Shown in pieces: positions 28,462 to 38,285 of a DNA stretch of 64,000 nt (within the stretch, counting starts at the first letter, position 1; each line of letters starts with the position of its first letter). The stretch is from an uncultured Gemmatimonadales bacterium (lineage in GTDB: Bacteria > Gemmatimonadota > Gemmatimonadetes > Longimicrobiales > RSA9), in contig CAWAMW010000006.1 in the NCBI GenBank assembly GCA_963783305.1, positions 64,001-128,000 of the forward strand. The letters run 5' to 3'. Under the pieces are notes generated by a model that ran no database searches, was not told where the DNA came from, and was given only the letters and a program-made list of their open reading frames with translations. Position numbers and translations under genes: made by a program.

Positions 28462-28580
28462 GCGGGGTCCCGGGGGCGGTCGTCTTTGGATTTTACCCAC
28501 GGCCCCTGCAAGGTTCTCACCAGCCGACACCGGGCCTTCGGCTCGCCCGGCAGCCGCCCGGCACCCGCCGGGCCCCGCGG

Positions 28581-29054
28581 CTACTCCCGCCTCCGCAGCG
28601 ACTCCGGCATCCGTACGGCCAGGACGGTCCCGCGGGCGGTGACCGTCCCCTCCACCTCGACCTCGACGTCCACCTCCACCTTCCGCGCCCCCACGTCACG
28701 CGGGCGTGCGGTGAGCACGAGCTCCGGGCCGAGCGGTGTGGGCTTCAGGTAGTCGACCCGCAGCGAGGCCGTGACGAAGCGGGCCGACGGGTCCGAGCCG
28801 GGTGCGGCCCCCTCGCGCTCCATCCACGCGGCCGCCGCCGTGCCGATCCCGTGGCAGTCGATGAGCGAGGCCAGCAGTCCGCCGTATACATACCCCGGCA
28901 CCGCTACGTGCTCGGCGCGAGGGGTGAACCGCGCCACGCCCGCGCCGCCGCACCAAATGGTTCGCACGTGGTGCCCGTCCGGGTTCAAACGCCCGCAGCC
29001 GTAGCAGTGGGCCACGTCCTCCGGGTAGAGGTCCTGGATCGCCGCGTCGGTCAT
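28581..29054 (-). CDS. PaaI/hotdog-fold thioesterase
   Basis: HCYGCG..N, YGGLLASLIDCHG, FVTASLRVDYLKPTP; GGAGG RBS. Confidence 0.88.
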   Translation of the reverse strand: MTDAAIQDLYPEDVAHCYGCGRLNPDGHHVRTIWCGGAGVARFTPRAEHVAVPGYVYGGLLASLIDCHGIGTAAAAWMEREGAAPGSDPSARFVTASLRVDYLKPTPLGPELVLTARPRDVGARKVEVDVEVEVEGTVTARGTVLAVRMPESLRRRE

Positions 29055-29357
29055 GATGGCCTCCCGTGGAACGGTGAAGGGGGTGCCCCGGTCTACCGTG
29101 ACACCCCCAATTCACTCACCCTGCCAAGGAGAGTATGTCCCGCACGCCACTTTCGCGACGGTATGATCCGGTTCATGACCTGATCGTGCACGGAGTCTAG
29201 GCCGTGTCCGACGGTGGATCTGTCGGGGGATCCCCGCTTCCCTTGTCGGGCACGGCCCGACGATGCCCTGTCGGCGCGGGCGGCCCGGTGATAATCTGCG
29301 CGGGTTGGACTGCGCCTGGCTCGACTGCGCCGGTCTATCCCCGCAACCACGCTCCCG

Positions 29358-30173
29358 ATGACGTCTACACCACCGTCGACCTCCTCCTCCAGCGCGCTGG
29401 TCCGCGTCTCTCGCACCGCGTGGACGGGTACGCGCGAGGGCTGGAGCGGCACGAGCCACGATGCGCGGAGGCGGTTCCTGCTCCGGCTCCTCGGGGCCAC
29501 GCTCCTCGCCGCCGCCGCGGCCAGTATCTCGGCGTTCGTGCTCCGCGACTTCGCAGTCGACGGCGCGCTCCCGGGCGACGCCGCGCTCACGGCGCGGATC
29601 ATGGATCTGCTCTCCATCCACAGCGCCGTCTGGCTGGGCGCGTTCACCAGCTCGGCCATGGTCACTCCGTTGCTGGTGCTCGCGGCCGTGCTCTGGGCAC
29701 GGCGCGGCCGCTGGGAGCGGGCGGTGACGGCGATTACGGCCTATATCGCGTCCAAGGCCATCATCTTCGCCGGCTGGAACACATGGGATCGGGCGCGCCC
29801 CGCGGACGTGCTGAACGGGGAGCTCGTGCCGGCCGGGCTGTCGTCGTACCCCTCCGGTCACGCGGTGCAGACCTGGACGGTCTACGGGCTCCTCATCCTC
29901 TGGTGGGCCGCCGCCAGCGACCGTGCGTGGGAGCGGGCCCTCGCCTGGACGCTACTGCTGGTGGGATCGCTGGTCATCGGCGTGGGCCGGGTCCGCATCA
30001 GCGCCCATTATCCGTCGGACATCATCGGCGGCATCCTCATTGGCGCACTCTGGCTCGCCGGCGCGGCGTGGGCCGAACGGGCGGTGGGGCGCCCGCTCAG
30101 CCCTTCCGGCGGGCGGCGAGAAGGCGGTCCCGATCGGACTCCGGCAGGTACTTCACGGCCTCGCGAACGGTAA
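29358..30173 (+). CDS. PAP2-family membrane phosphatase
   Basis: K......RARP, SYPSGH, GRVRISAHYPSDI motifs and TM segments; start position uncertain. Confidence 0.85.
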   Translation: MTSTPPSTSSSSALVRVSRTAWTGTREGWSGTSHDARRRFLLRLLGATLLAAAAASISAFVLRDFAVDGALPGDAALTARIMDLLSIHSAVWLGAFTSSAMVTPLLVLAAVLWARRGRWERAVTAITAYIASKAIIFAGWNTWDRARPADVLNGELVPAGLSSYPSGHAVQTWTVYGLLILWWAAASDRAWERALAWTLLLVGSLVIGVGRVRISAHYPSDIIGGILIGALWLAGAAWAERAVGRPLSPSGGRREGGPDRTPAGTSRPRER

Positions 30174-30846
30174 GCCCCGCGGCGCGCACCACCCGGGGCT
30201 CAAGCCACGCGACCACCAGCTCCGGTCGCTTCTTCCCGGTCTCTCGGAGCACCCAGCCGATGGCCTTCCGGATGAAGAACTCCCGCTCCCCGAGCATCGG
30301 ATCCGCCAGCGCGGCGAATCCCTCGAAGTCGCCCCGGCCGCGGCGCAGGCCGTAGAGATGGCCGAGGAGGGCGGCGCGACGCAGCCAGAAATCGGGATCG
30401 CCGGCCCAGCGCGTGAGCGTGGCGTCCATGCCGTCGGGGAACCGGTCCACCAGTGCGCCCGTGACACTGGCCGCGAGCCCGTCCACGAGCGCCCACGTGC
30501 CGGACCCCCGGATCAGGCGCTCCAGGAGCGGCGCGTCGTCCGGGGTGAGCCGGTCGATGTCGAGGTCCAGTACGTCGACGGCTGCCATCCGGAGCTCGAA
30601 GATCTCGCGCCCCCAGAGCGCCTCCACCAGCCCGATTACCTGGGGGTGGGACAGGTCCGGCTGCTCGCGGTGGAGTGCGACCACCGCTTTCCGCGTCGCC
30701 GGGACGGTAGCGCCCAGGAACGCCATCTCCATCTTGAGGTAGGCCTGCTCCTTCGCCGCCCGCTCCGGTGTGGCCTCCGACCGCAGACGTTCCAGGATCC
30801 CGTCGACCCACTGCTCCTCGACGCTGCTGCGCTCCACGATCTTCAC
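30097..30846 (-). CDS. DNA alkylation repair protein (AlkD-like)
   Basis: GTG start overlapping the upstream stop (GTGA); [39 protein letters not shown]. Confidence 0.88.
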   Translation of the reverse strand: MKIVERSSVEEQWVDGILERLRSEATPERAAKEQAYLKMEMAFLGATVPATRKAVVALHREQPDLSHPQVIGLVEALWGREIFELRMAAVDVLDLDIDRLTPDDAPLLERLIRGSGTWALVDGLAASVTGALVDRFPDGMDATLTRWAGDPDFWLRRAALLGHLYGLRRGRGDFEGFAALADPMLGEREFFIRKAIGWVLRETGKKRPELVVAWLEPRVVRAAGLTVREAVKYLPESDRDRLLAARRKG

Positions 30847-32183
30847 GGCTCCTCCTCGCGTGAAAGCGGGGTGCGCGCCCCCGCTCCATCCGCGCCGACC
30901 CGCGTGAGCACCGACTCCCGGATCTCGGCCACGCTCCGGCAGCCGGCCAGCCCCGCGGTGAGGTCCAGGTCGGCGACCAGGTTCCGTATGACCTCCTTCA
31001 CCCCGCTCTCTCCCCCGATGGCCAGGCCGTAGACGTACGGTCGACCCAGCAGCACCGCCGAGGCGCCCAGCGCGATCGCCTTGAACACGTCCGCGCCCGT
31101 GCGGATCCCGCTGTCGAACAGGACTGGCACGCGGGCGTCGATGGCCGCGGCCACGCCGGGCAGCGCGTCCAGCGCGCCGATGGCTCCGTCCACCTGGCGA
31201 CCGCCGTGGTTCGACACGATCACGCCGTCCATCCCGTGCTCCACGGCCCGTGTCGCGTCCTCCGGGTGCAGAATGCCCTTGAGGAAGATGGGCAGTGACG
31301 TCAGCTCCCGCAGCCGCGCCAGGTCGTCCCACTCGAGGGAGGGGCGGGAGTAGGTGGCGATGAACCGACGCACGGCCGACCGCGCGTCGCCGCTCCGGAG
31401 CGCGCGTAGCGTGGACCCGGGGAACCGCCGCGCCATCTCCAGCGCGGCGCCCATGGCCTTGAGTGTGACCGGCGGCCGTGGAGCCTCCGCGGGGTCCGTG
31501 TCCGCAGCGTCGGCGAGGCCCGCGCGGAAGGCGGGGTCGCTCGTGTACTGCGCGATTCCCTTGCCGCGCAGGAAGGGCAGGTATCCCAGGTCGAGGTCCT
31601 GCGGGCGCCAGCCGAGCATTGTCGTGTCCAGCGTGAGCACGATGGCGTCGCACCCGCACGTTTCGGCCCGTCGGACGAAGCTCGCCACCAGATCGTCCGA
31701 CCGGCTCCAGTAGAGCTGGAACCAGCGTGGCGCCGCGCCCATCGCCGCGGCGCACTCCTCCATGGTCCGGGAGGCCTGGCTCGAGAAGATGAACGGGACG
31801 CCCGTGTCGGCCGCCGCGCGCGCGACGGCCAGATCGGCCTCCCCATGCGCCATCTCCAGCACACCGATGGGCGCCAGCAGGAGCGGCGCGGGAAGACGCC
31901 GCCTCTGCAGCTCCACCGACAGGTCCCGCGATGAAACGTCCCGGAGCACCCGCGGCACGATCCGCCACGCCTCGAACGCCTCCCGGTTGCGGCGCATGGT
32001 GCTCCCTGTCGCCGCGCCCCCGGCCACATACGCGAATGCCTCCCGCGACATCCGCTCCCGCGCCCGCTCCTCCAGCGCCGCCGGCTCCAGTGGCACCGCG
32101 GGGCGCCGGCCCGACAGCCCGGTGACGAAGATCTCCCGCTGCCGCGTGCGGCCGGGCTCCATTCGTTCCGATTCGTCGGTCAT
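30843..32183 (-). CDS. FMN-dependent alpha-hydroxy acid oxidase (lactate 2-monooxygenase-like)
   Basis: [55 protein letters not shown]. Confidence 0.93.
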   Translation of the reverse strand: MTDESERMEPGRTRQREIFVTGLSGRRPAVPLEPAALEERARERMSREAFAYVAGGAATGSTMRRNREAFEAWRIVPRVLRDVSSRDLSVELQRRRLPAPLLLAPIGVLEMAHGEADLAVARAAADTGVPFIFSSQASRTMEECAAAMGAAPRWFQLYWSRSDDLVASFVRRAETCGCDAIVLTLDTTMLGWRPQDLDLGYLPFLRGKGIAQYTSDPAFRAGLADAADTDPAEAPRPPVTLKAMGAALEMARRFPGSTLRALRSGDARSAVRRFIATYSRPSLEWDDLARLRELTSLPIFLKGILHPEDATRAVEHGMDGVIVSNHGGRQVDGAIGALDALPGVAAAIDARVPVLFDSGIRTGADVFKAIALGASAVLLGRPYVYGLAIGGESGVKEVIRNLVADLDLTAGLAGCRSVAEIRESVLTRVGADGAGARTPLSREEEP

Positions 32184-32405
32184 GCCAGCCTCCGAGCCGG
32201 TGGGGGTATTGACGCAGAAGTCCCAAATCCGCATTATCCTGCAGCGCGCCGGCCCCCCTTTGGACGGCGCGAACTCCCCATCCTTCCTGATTGGCACACC
32301 GGCGCGCAAGGCCGGCTCGCAAAGCTAGGGGTCTCTCCGAGACAGCCCGGCTGCAGAAGGACGTACCGGAGCACAGCTCCGGATCTCCCCACTTGGAGAC
32401 CTGCC

Positions 32406-33848
32406 ATGCGTCACACGAAGACCCTCTGTACCCTCGTTCTGGGTGCGGTGGTCGTCTCCGGCTGCGCCGATGATGCCACCTCCCCCACCTCCCTCGCCCC
32501 CACCGAGTCCCTCGCCTCCCTCTCCGCCGGCACCACCTCGAGCGACAACCAGCTCGTGGTGTTCAAGAAGTCCCGGATTCCGAACGGCTTTGCCGCGCAG
32601 GTCGCCGCGCTCGGCGGCAACGTGGAGCTCACGATCAGCACGGCGGGCGCCGCCGTGATCAGCGGTGTGGACGCAGCAGGCCTCGACGCCATCCGCGCGA
32701 GCAGCGACGTGGACATGGTGGAGCCGGAGATCATGCTCGAGCTGCCAGAGCCCTTCGAAGTGGGGGTAGCGACCGCCGCCGACGCCGCGCCCGCGAGCCC
32801 CGGCGACCCCAGCGCCGCGTACTTCTTCCCGCGCCAGTGGAACATGCGCGCCATCGGCGCCGACGTGGCGTGGGCGGCCGGGAACACCGGCTCGTCTGAT
32901 GTGACCGTCGCCATCCTCGACACGGGGATCGGCTACACCCATGAGGACCTGGTCGGGCGGGTCGATCTGAGCCGCTCGGTCTCGTTCGTCCCAGACGATG
33001 ATTTCTACGTCGCGTATTACTTCCCTGGTGCCCACCCCATCGCCGACATTGGCTACCACGGCACTCACGTCGCCGCGACGGTCGCGAGCAACGGGATCGT
33101 CGCGGCCGGCGTCACCTCGCAGACCACGCTCATGGGCGTCAAGGTCTGCAGCGTGGTGACGGGTGGCTGCTCGGGTAGCGCCATCTTTGCCGGCATCGAG
33201 TACGCCGTGGACAACGGGGCGGATGTGATCAACATGAGCCTCGGGGGCGCCTTCCAGAAGAAGGACTATCCCGGGTACGTCTCGGTCCTCAACCGCCTCT
33301 TCAACTACGCACACCAGAACAAGGTTACCGTGGTCGTTTCGGCAGGGAACGAGTCCGCCGACCTCGACCACAACTACTATCCGGACGACGACGACGTGCA
33401 GACGCACTACCCGAGCCTGTACAAGACGTACTGCTCGACGCCCAACAACATCTGCGTCTCGGCCACCGGCCCCACGGCCGCCGCGTCCAACATCGGACCG
33501 TGGACGAACGTGGACGCACCCGCAGTGTACACCAACTACGGCCGCTCCGCCGTGAATGTGGCGGCGCCCGGTGGAAACACCGGCGCGGGCGTGATGGCCG
33601 CCTGCTCGACGTTCAGCCTCGTCATCCCGGTCTGTCAGGCGAACGGCTACGCCGTCACCCTCTCCGGCACCAGCATGGCGGCGCCGCACGTCACCGGCCT
33701 GGCAGCGCTCATGGTGGCGCAGTACGGCAAGAACCCGGCGAAGGTCCGGGCCGCGATCCAGCAGTCGGCGGATGACCTCGGACAGCCCGGGACCGATCCG
33801 TTCTACGGCAAGGGCCGCATCAACGTGGCGCGGGCGACGGGCAACTGA
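32406..33848 (+). CDS. S8 subtilisin-like serine peptidase (lipoprotein)
   Basis: Lipobox VSGC; catalytic triad AILDTG, HGTHVA, GTSMAAPHV; oxyanion SAGN. Confidence 0.95.
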   Translation: MRHTKTLCTLVLGAVVVSGCADDATSPTSLAPTESLASLSAGTTSSDNQLVVFKKSRIPNGFAAQVAALGGNVELTISTAGAAVISGVDAAGLDAIRASSDVDMVEPEIMLELPEPFEVGVATAADAAPASPGDPSAAYFFPRQWNMRAIGADVAWAAGNTGSSDVTVAILDTGIGYTHEDLVGRVDLSRSVSFVPDDDFYVAYYFPGAHPIADIGYHGTHVAATVASNGIVAAGVTSQTTLMGVKVCSVVTGGCSGSAIFAGIEYAVDNGADVINMSLGGAFQKKDYPGYVSVLNRLFNYAHQNKVTVVVSAGNESADLDHNYYPDDDDVQTHYPSLYKTYCSTPNNICVSATGPTAAASNIGPWTNVDAPAVYTNYGRSAVNVAAPGGNTGAGVMAACSTFSLVIPVCQANGYAVTLSGTSMAAPHVTGLAALMVAQYGKNPAKVRAAIQQSADDLGQPGTDPFYGKGRINVARATGN

Positions 33849-33870
33849 CGCTCTACCGCGCTCGCAGTGG

Positions 33871-33904
33871 AACAGGGGTGGCTTTCGGGCCACCCCTGTT
33901 TTTT
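33871..33904 (+). terminator. Rho-independent terminator
   Basis: AACAGGGGTGGC-TTTCGG-GCCACCCCTGTT followed by a T run. Confidence 0.88.
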
Positions 33905-33986
33905 GTGGCCTTGTCCCGCGCGCGGGGCCGGGCCACTATGCTCTGACGCCGCACTCCGCATCCATCCCTCGCAAACGCCGTCCGCA

Positions 33987-34505
33987 ATGACCAACCGTAT
34001 CGAGGCCTTCTTCAGGCGACGCATGCAGCTGCCCTCCAACGGCGACGAGTCGGCCGGGGGCGGAGGGTCTGCTGGGGCGGCTATACCGGATCCGGAGGTC
34101 GTGGCCGCGGCCGAGGCCCGGCACCGGCTCCACCTCGCCGCCTGCGCGCTCCTCCTCGAGCTCGCCCACGCCGATGACCAGTTCACCCCCGAGGAGGCCA
34201 CGCACATCGAGGTGGTGCTGCGCCGTCATTTTGACCTGAGCGAGGAGGAAGCGCAGCAGCTGATGGAGCTCGCCGAGCAGGAGCGATCTGGTGCGGTGGA
34301 CCTCTGGCAGTTCACCAGCCTCATCCGCGCCAGCTACGACATCGGCCAGAAGACGCTCCTCGCCGAGGTCATGTGGGGGCTCGTCCTGGCCGACGGAGAG
34401 ATCGCGCGCCACGAGGCATACCTCCTCCGCAAGATCGCCAACCTCCTGGATCTGGAGCCCGGATACCTCTCTGCCGCCCGGAAGCGCGCCGCCAGCGACG
34501 ACTGA
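33987..34505 (+). CDS. TerB-family protein
   Basis: ALLLELAHAD..F..EE, DLWQFTSLI, MWGLVLADG....E...LRKIANLL. Confidence 0.85.
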   Translation: MTNRIEAFFRRRMQLPSNGDESAGGGGSAGAAIPDPEVVAAAEARHRLHLAACALLLELAHADDQFTPEEATHIEVVLRRHFDLSEEEAQQLMELAEQERSGAVDLWQFTSLIRASYDIGQKTLLAEVMWGLVLADGEIARHEAYLLRKIANLLDLEPGYLSAARKRAASDD

Positions 34506-34590
34506 AAACCCGCGGCGGCCCGCGCTGAAACTGGTGACGCGCCGCGCCCGTATCGGTCTCCGGCACTCACGCCCACCGGAGGCCCCCCGC

Positions 34591-37020
34591 ATGCCCGAAC
34601 TCCTCAGTGACGTTCGCTACGCCATCCGCTCCCTCTCGAAGCGCCGCGGCTTCACCCTGGTTGCCGTGCTCTCCATCGCCCTCGCCATCGGCTTCAACAC
34701 CGCCATCTTCAGCGCGGTGAACGCGCTGCTGCTGCGGCCGGTGCCTGGTGTCGTCGGGGCCGATCGGGTGGTGGAGCTCGGCCGTACCAATCGAGGCAGC
34801 GGGTTCGACTCGTTCTCCTATCTCGATTTTCGGGACCTGAGGGAGAACGTGGAAGAGCTCTCGGAGCTCTCCGCGTGGCGGATGTTGCCGGTGAGTCACG
34901 GCGCTGAAGAGGGTGGAGAGCGGGTGGTGGCCATGGTGGTGTCGCCCGGGTACTTCCCGGCGCTGGGGGTGACTCCGGCGGCCGGCCGCTTCTTCGCCGC
35001 CGATGACGACGTGCCGGGCGTGAGCCCCGCCACCGTCGTGATCAGCCACGCTTTCTGGCAGACGCGGCTGGGCGGCGCCCCCAATGTGGTGGGCTCCACC
35101 GTGGACGTGAACCGGACGCCGTTCACGATCATCGGCGTGGCGCCGCCGTCGTTCCGCGGCCATTTCCCCCTGGTCGGCGTGGAGCTGTGGCTGCCCGTGG
35201 CGCGGATCGACCTGGCGGAGCCGTCCTTCAACACCACCAACTTCGATCGGCGCGGCGCGATCTGGCATCAGGTGATCGGACGCCTCGCCCCGGGGGTTAC
35301 CATGGAGCGCGCCGAGCTGGCGGTGCGGTCGGAGATGGCCCGGCTCGCGGAGGCCTACCCGGAGACCAACGACACCCGTGGGGCCACCCTGGTGGAGCTC
35401 GGCCCCGTGCCGGGTGGGGGTCGCGGCATGATACGCGGGTTCCTGGGCGCGTTGCTCGCCCTGGTGGGCCTGGTGCTGCTGGTGGCGGCGGCAAACGTAG
35501 GGGGCATGCTCCTGGCCCGCGGCGCCGCCCGCGAGCGGGAGGTGGCCATCCGGATCGCCCTCGGATCGGGGCGCGCCCGGCTGGTCCGGCAGCTCACGGC
35601 GGAATCGGTCCTGCTGTTCCTCGCAGGCGCGGTGGTGGGGCTGGCGCTCGCGTGGTGGGCTTCGAGCCTCGTCTCCGTGATCGCCGCACCGGGGCTCGAG
35701 ATCACCCTGGACCTTGCGCCCGACCGCACCGTCTTCGTCTTCACATTCGGGATCGCGCTGGCCACGGGGCTCCTGTTCGGGCTCGTGCCCGCGCTCCAGA
35801 CGTCGCGGCCCGAGCTTGTCTCCTCGCTCAAGGACGAGGGCCGGACAGGGCGGCGCGGGACCCGCACGCGTCGCCTGTTCGTGGCCTTCCAGGTGGGCGT
35901 CTCGATCATTCTGGTGACCGCGGGGGGGCTCCTGGTGCGCTCCCTCCAGGAGGCCAGGCAGGTGAGTCCCGGGTTCGACGCCGAGGGAGTTCACCTCGTG
36001 ACGCTGGACCTCTCACTCGATGGCTATACCGACGAGACGGGCCCTGACTTCCAGATGGAGATGCGAAACGCCCTCGCGGCGCGGCCGGGCGTCAGCCACG
36101 CCGCCCTCGCCGTCGACCTGCCCATGGACCTGTCCGAGTGGGGCAACGCCGTGTGGCCCGACGGTTGGGAGGACCCCGAGGGGCGCGGCATGTCCGTGGA
36201 CGCCAACTTCGTCTCGGCCGACTACTTCGAGACGCTCCGGATCCCGGTGGTCCGCGGCCGCGGGTTCACCGACGGCGACCGCACCGGGAGCGCCCCGGTG
36301 GTGGTGGTGAGCGAGACGCTCGCGCGCGAGGCGTGGCCCGAGGGCGATGCCATCGGGCAGCAGATCCGCTGGAACGAGCGGGAGAGCGAGCCGCGCACCG
36401 TCGTAGGGGTGGTAGCCGATACGAAGAATCAGACGCTCGGCGAGCCGCTGGACGGCATGATCTACCTGCCCCTTATGCAGGAGTACCAGGGCGCCGTGAG
36501 CGTCCTGGCCCGCGGGCCAGGCGTCACTCCCGCCACCCTGCGGTCCGCGCTCCTCGAAGCCGATCCACGGCTCGCCATCAGCGCACCCCAGACGCTCGCG
36601 GAGATCACGGCCGTGGGGCTGCTCCCGGCCCGTGTGGCCGCCTACGTTGCCGGTCTCCTGGGAGCGCTCGGGCTCTTCCTGTCCGCGCTCGGCATCTACG
36701 GCGTTGTGGCCCATGGCGTGGTTCAGCGGCGGCGGGAGATCGGGATTCGCATGGCCATCGGCGCGGAGGCCGGTCGTGTGCTGCGGGGCGTCATCAACGA
36801 TGGGATCCGGCTTGCGCTCCCGGGTCTGCTGCTGGGCGCGGTTGCCGCGCTCGTGGTCGCCCGGTTGATTCGGGGAATGCTCTTCGGCGTGTCCCCGACC
36901 GACCCTCTGACGCTCGTTGCCGTGGCGCTCCTGCTCCTGGCCACGGTGGCCGTGGCCAGCTGGGTGCCGGCGCGGCGCGCGGCATCCGTGGACCCGGTGG
37001 AGGCGCTCCGGGCGGAGTAG
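34591..37020 (+). CDS. Duplicated MacB/FtsX-type ABC permease (ADOP-like)
   Basis: DVRYAIRSL, ALAIGFNTAIFS, REREVAIRIALG.GRARLVRQL, RRREIGIRMAIGA, PARRAASVDPVEALRAE. Confidence 0.92.
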   Translation: MPELLSDVRYAIRSLSKRRGFTLVAVLSIALAIGFNTAIFSAVNALLLRPVPGVVGADRVVELGRTNRGSGFDSFSYLDFRDLRENVEELSELSAWRMLPVSHGAEEGGERVVAMVVSPGYFPALGVTPAAGRFFAADDDVPGVSPATVVISHAFWQTRLGGAPNVVGSTVDVNRTPFTIIGVAPPSFRGHFPLVGVELWLPVARIDLAEPSFNTTNFDRRGAIWHQVIGRLAPGVTMERAELAVRSEMARLAEAYPETNDTRGATLVELGPVPGGGRGMIRGFLGALLALVGLVLLVAAANVGGMLLARGAAREREVAIRIALGSGRARLVRQLTAESVLLFLAGAVVGLALAWWASSLVSVIAAPGLEITLDLAPDRTVFVFTFGIALATGLLFGLVPALQTSRPELVSSLKDEGRTGRRGTRTRRLFVAFQVGVSIILVTAGGLLVRSLQEARQVSPGFDAEGVHLVTLDLSLDGYTDETGPDFQMEMRNALAARPGVSHAALAVDLPMDLSEWGNAVWPDGWEDPEGRGMSVDANFVSADYFETLRIPVVRGRGFTDGDRTGSAPVVVVSETLAREAWPEGDAIGQQIRWNERESEPRTVVGVVADTKNQTLGEPLDGMIYLPLMQEYQGAVSVLARGPGVTPATLRSALLEADPRLAISAPQTLAEITAVGLLPARVAAYVAGLLGALGLFLSALGIYGVVAHGVVQRRREIGIRMAIGAEAGRVLRGVINDGIRLALPGLLLGAVAALVVARLIRGMLFGVSPTDPLTLVAVALLLLATVAVASWVPARRAASVDPVEALRAE

Positions 37021-37042
37021 GGCCGCTGGTGCGCCTCGAGCC

Positions 37043-38236
37043 TCAGTCGCTACGGTTCTCGAACGTCCCGCGCACCACCACCTCGCCCTCCTCGACCATG
37101 GGACGCCCGCGGGCGACGACCCAGGAGACCTCGAGGTCGGCGCCCAGCAGGAGGAAGTCGGCGTCCGACCCGATGGCGATCCGCCCCTTGCGGGGGAGGC
37201 GGAGGAGACGGGCGGGCGTGAGGGTGACGGGTCGGAGCGCGTCGGCGAGGTCGAAGCCGTGGTCGCGGACGGCATCGCGGACTTCACCCCACAGCGTGTC
37301 CGGGCGGCCCGTGGTCAGCCGCTCCAGCTCGCCCTCCGCGTCGAACGAGGGAAGGGAGCCGCCGGCGTCGGAGCTGAACGTGATGTGGTCGAGGGGAACG
37401 CCGTCGTCGACGAGTTCGCGGAGTGCGAGCGATGGCTTGACCTCCTCGTCGGAAAATGCGGGCCAGGCGGAGGTGGTGATGTCCAGCGTCGCGCTGCGGC
37501 CGTAGACCCTGGCGTGCTCCAGCACCGCGCGGCTCCGATTGGCGTGCGTCGGGTGGAACTGGCGCCAGGTCAGCTCGCTGCTGCCCACCGCTTCGCGGAT
37601 CAGCCGGAACGGGTCGTCGGCATCGCCAATGTGGAGGTGGACCAGGCCGCACTTCCCGCCCAGGAGCCCGCCCAGCCGCACGGCCTTGGCCAGCCGGACC
37701 AGCTCCTGGACCGTCGGGCTCGACGAGCGGTGATCGGCGATGGCGATCTCGCCAGCGCCGATCACCTCCTCGACCAGCGCGAGATCGCGGGTGAGGTCGC
37801 CGGTGAGGGTGGGCGTCGGGATCGGGTACGCGCCCGTCCAGATCCAGGCGGAGATGCCCTCGGCCCGCAGCGCCTTCGCCTTCATCAGCACGGAGTCCAC
37901 GGTCCGCGTCGCGCCATCGGCCCCAAGCAGCCCCACGACCGTGGTGGTGCCTCCTTCCACCAGCGACGACAGCGACAGCTCTGGCGTTCGCGTCGCCGGG
38001 CCGCCCTCGCCGCCCGCGCCCGCGATGTGCACGTGCCCGTCGATCAGCCCCGGGACCAGGGGCGCTCCGCCGGCATCCACGACCCGGGCCCCGAGCGACT
38101 CCGGCACCGTCAGATCGGGCTCGATGGCGACCACGCTGCCACCCGCGCAGAAGACGTCGCGGCGGCCCATGGCCTCGGGCGCGAACACGTCCGCGTTCCG
38201 GATCAGCAGCGGCGCGGGGGCGGTGTGGGACATCAT
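37043..38236 (-). CDS. iadA: Isoaspartyl dipeptidase (beta-aspartyl peptidase)
   Basis: PGLIDGHVHIAGAGGEGG..TRTPE, GTTTVVGLLG.DG, GEIAIADHRSS, HLHIGD, PTH.NR, SSDAGGSLP. Confidence 0.95.
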   Translation of the reverse strand: MMSHTAPAPLLIRNADVFAPEAMGRRDVFCAGGSVVAIEPDLTVPESLGARVVDAGGAPLVPGLIDGHVHIAGAGGEGGPATRTPELSLSSLVEGGTTTVVGLLGADGATRTVDSVLMKAKALRAEGISAWIWTGAYPIPTPTLTGDLTRDLALVEEVIGAGEIAIADHRSSSPTVQELVRLAKAVRLGGLLGGKCGLVHLHIGDADDPFRLIREAVGSSELTWRQFHPTHANRSRAVLEHARVYGRSATLDITTSAWPAFSDEEVKPSLALRELVDDGVPLDHITFSSDAGGSLPSFDAEGELERLTTGRPDTLWGEVRDAVRDHGFDLADALRPVTLTPARLLRLPRKGRIAIGSDADFLLLGADLEVSWVVARGRPMVEEGEVVVRGTFENRSD

Positions 38237-38285
38237 CGGTGATTCCTTTCCTGGCTCGGCGCGAGCCGGCGGTGGGGGTACGTCT

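Noticed and set aside
30847..32322. 741-aa ORF suggesting a long N-terminal fusion to AlkD
   Set aside because: The upstream part is an alternative frame of the hydroxy-acid oxidase; AlkD starts at GTG 30846.
33987..34505. TerB as part of a tellurite-resistance or defence island
   Set aside because: A solitary TerB-like gene with no other ter genes nearby.
34591..37020. ABC permease with no adjacent ATPase
   Set aside because: Orphan duplicated permeases of this type are common and expanded in Acidobacteriota/Gemmatimonadota-like genomes.
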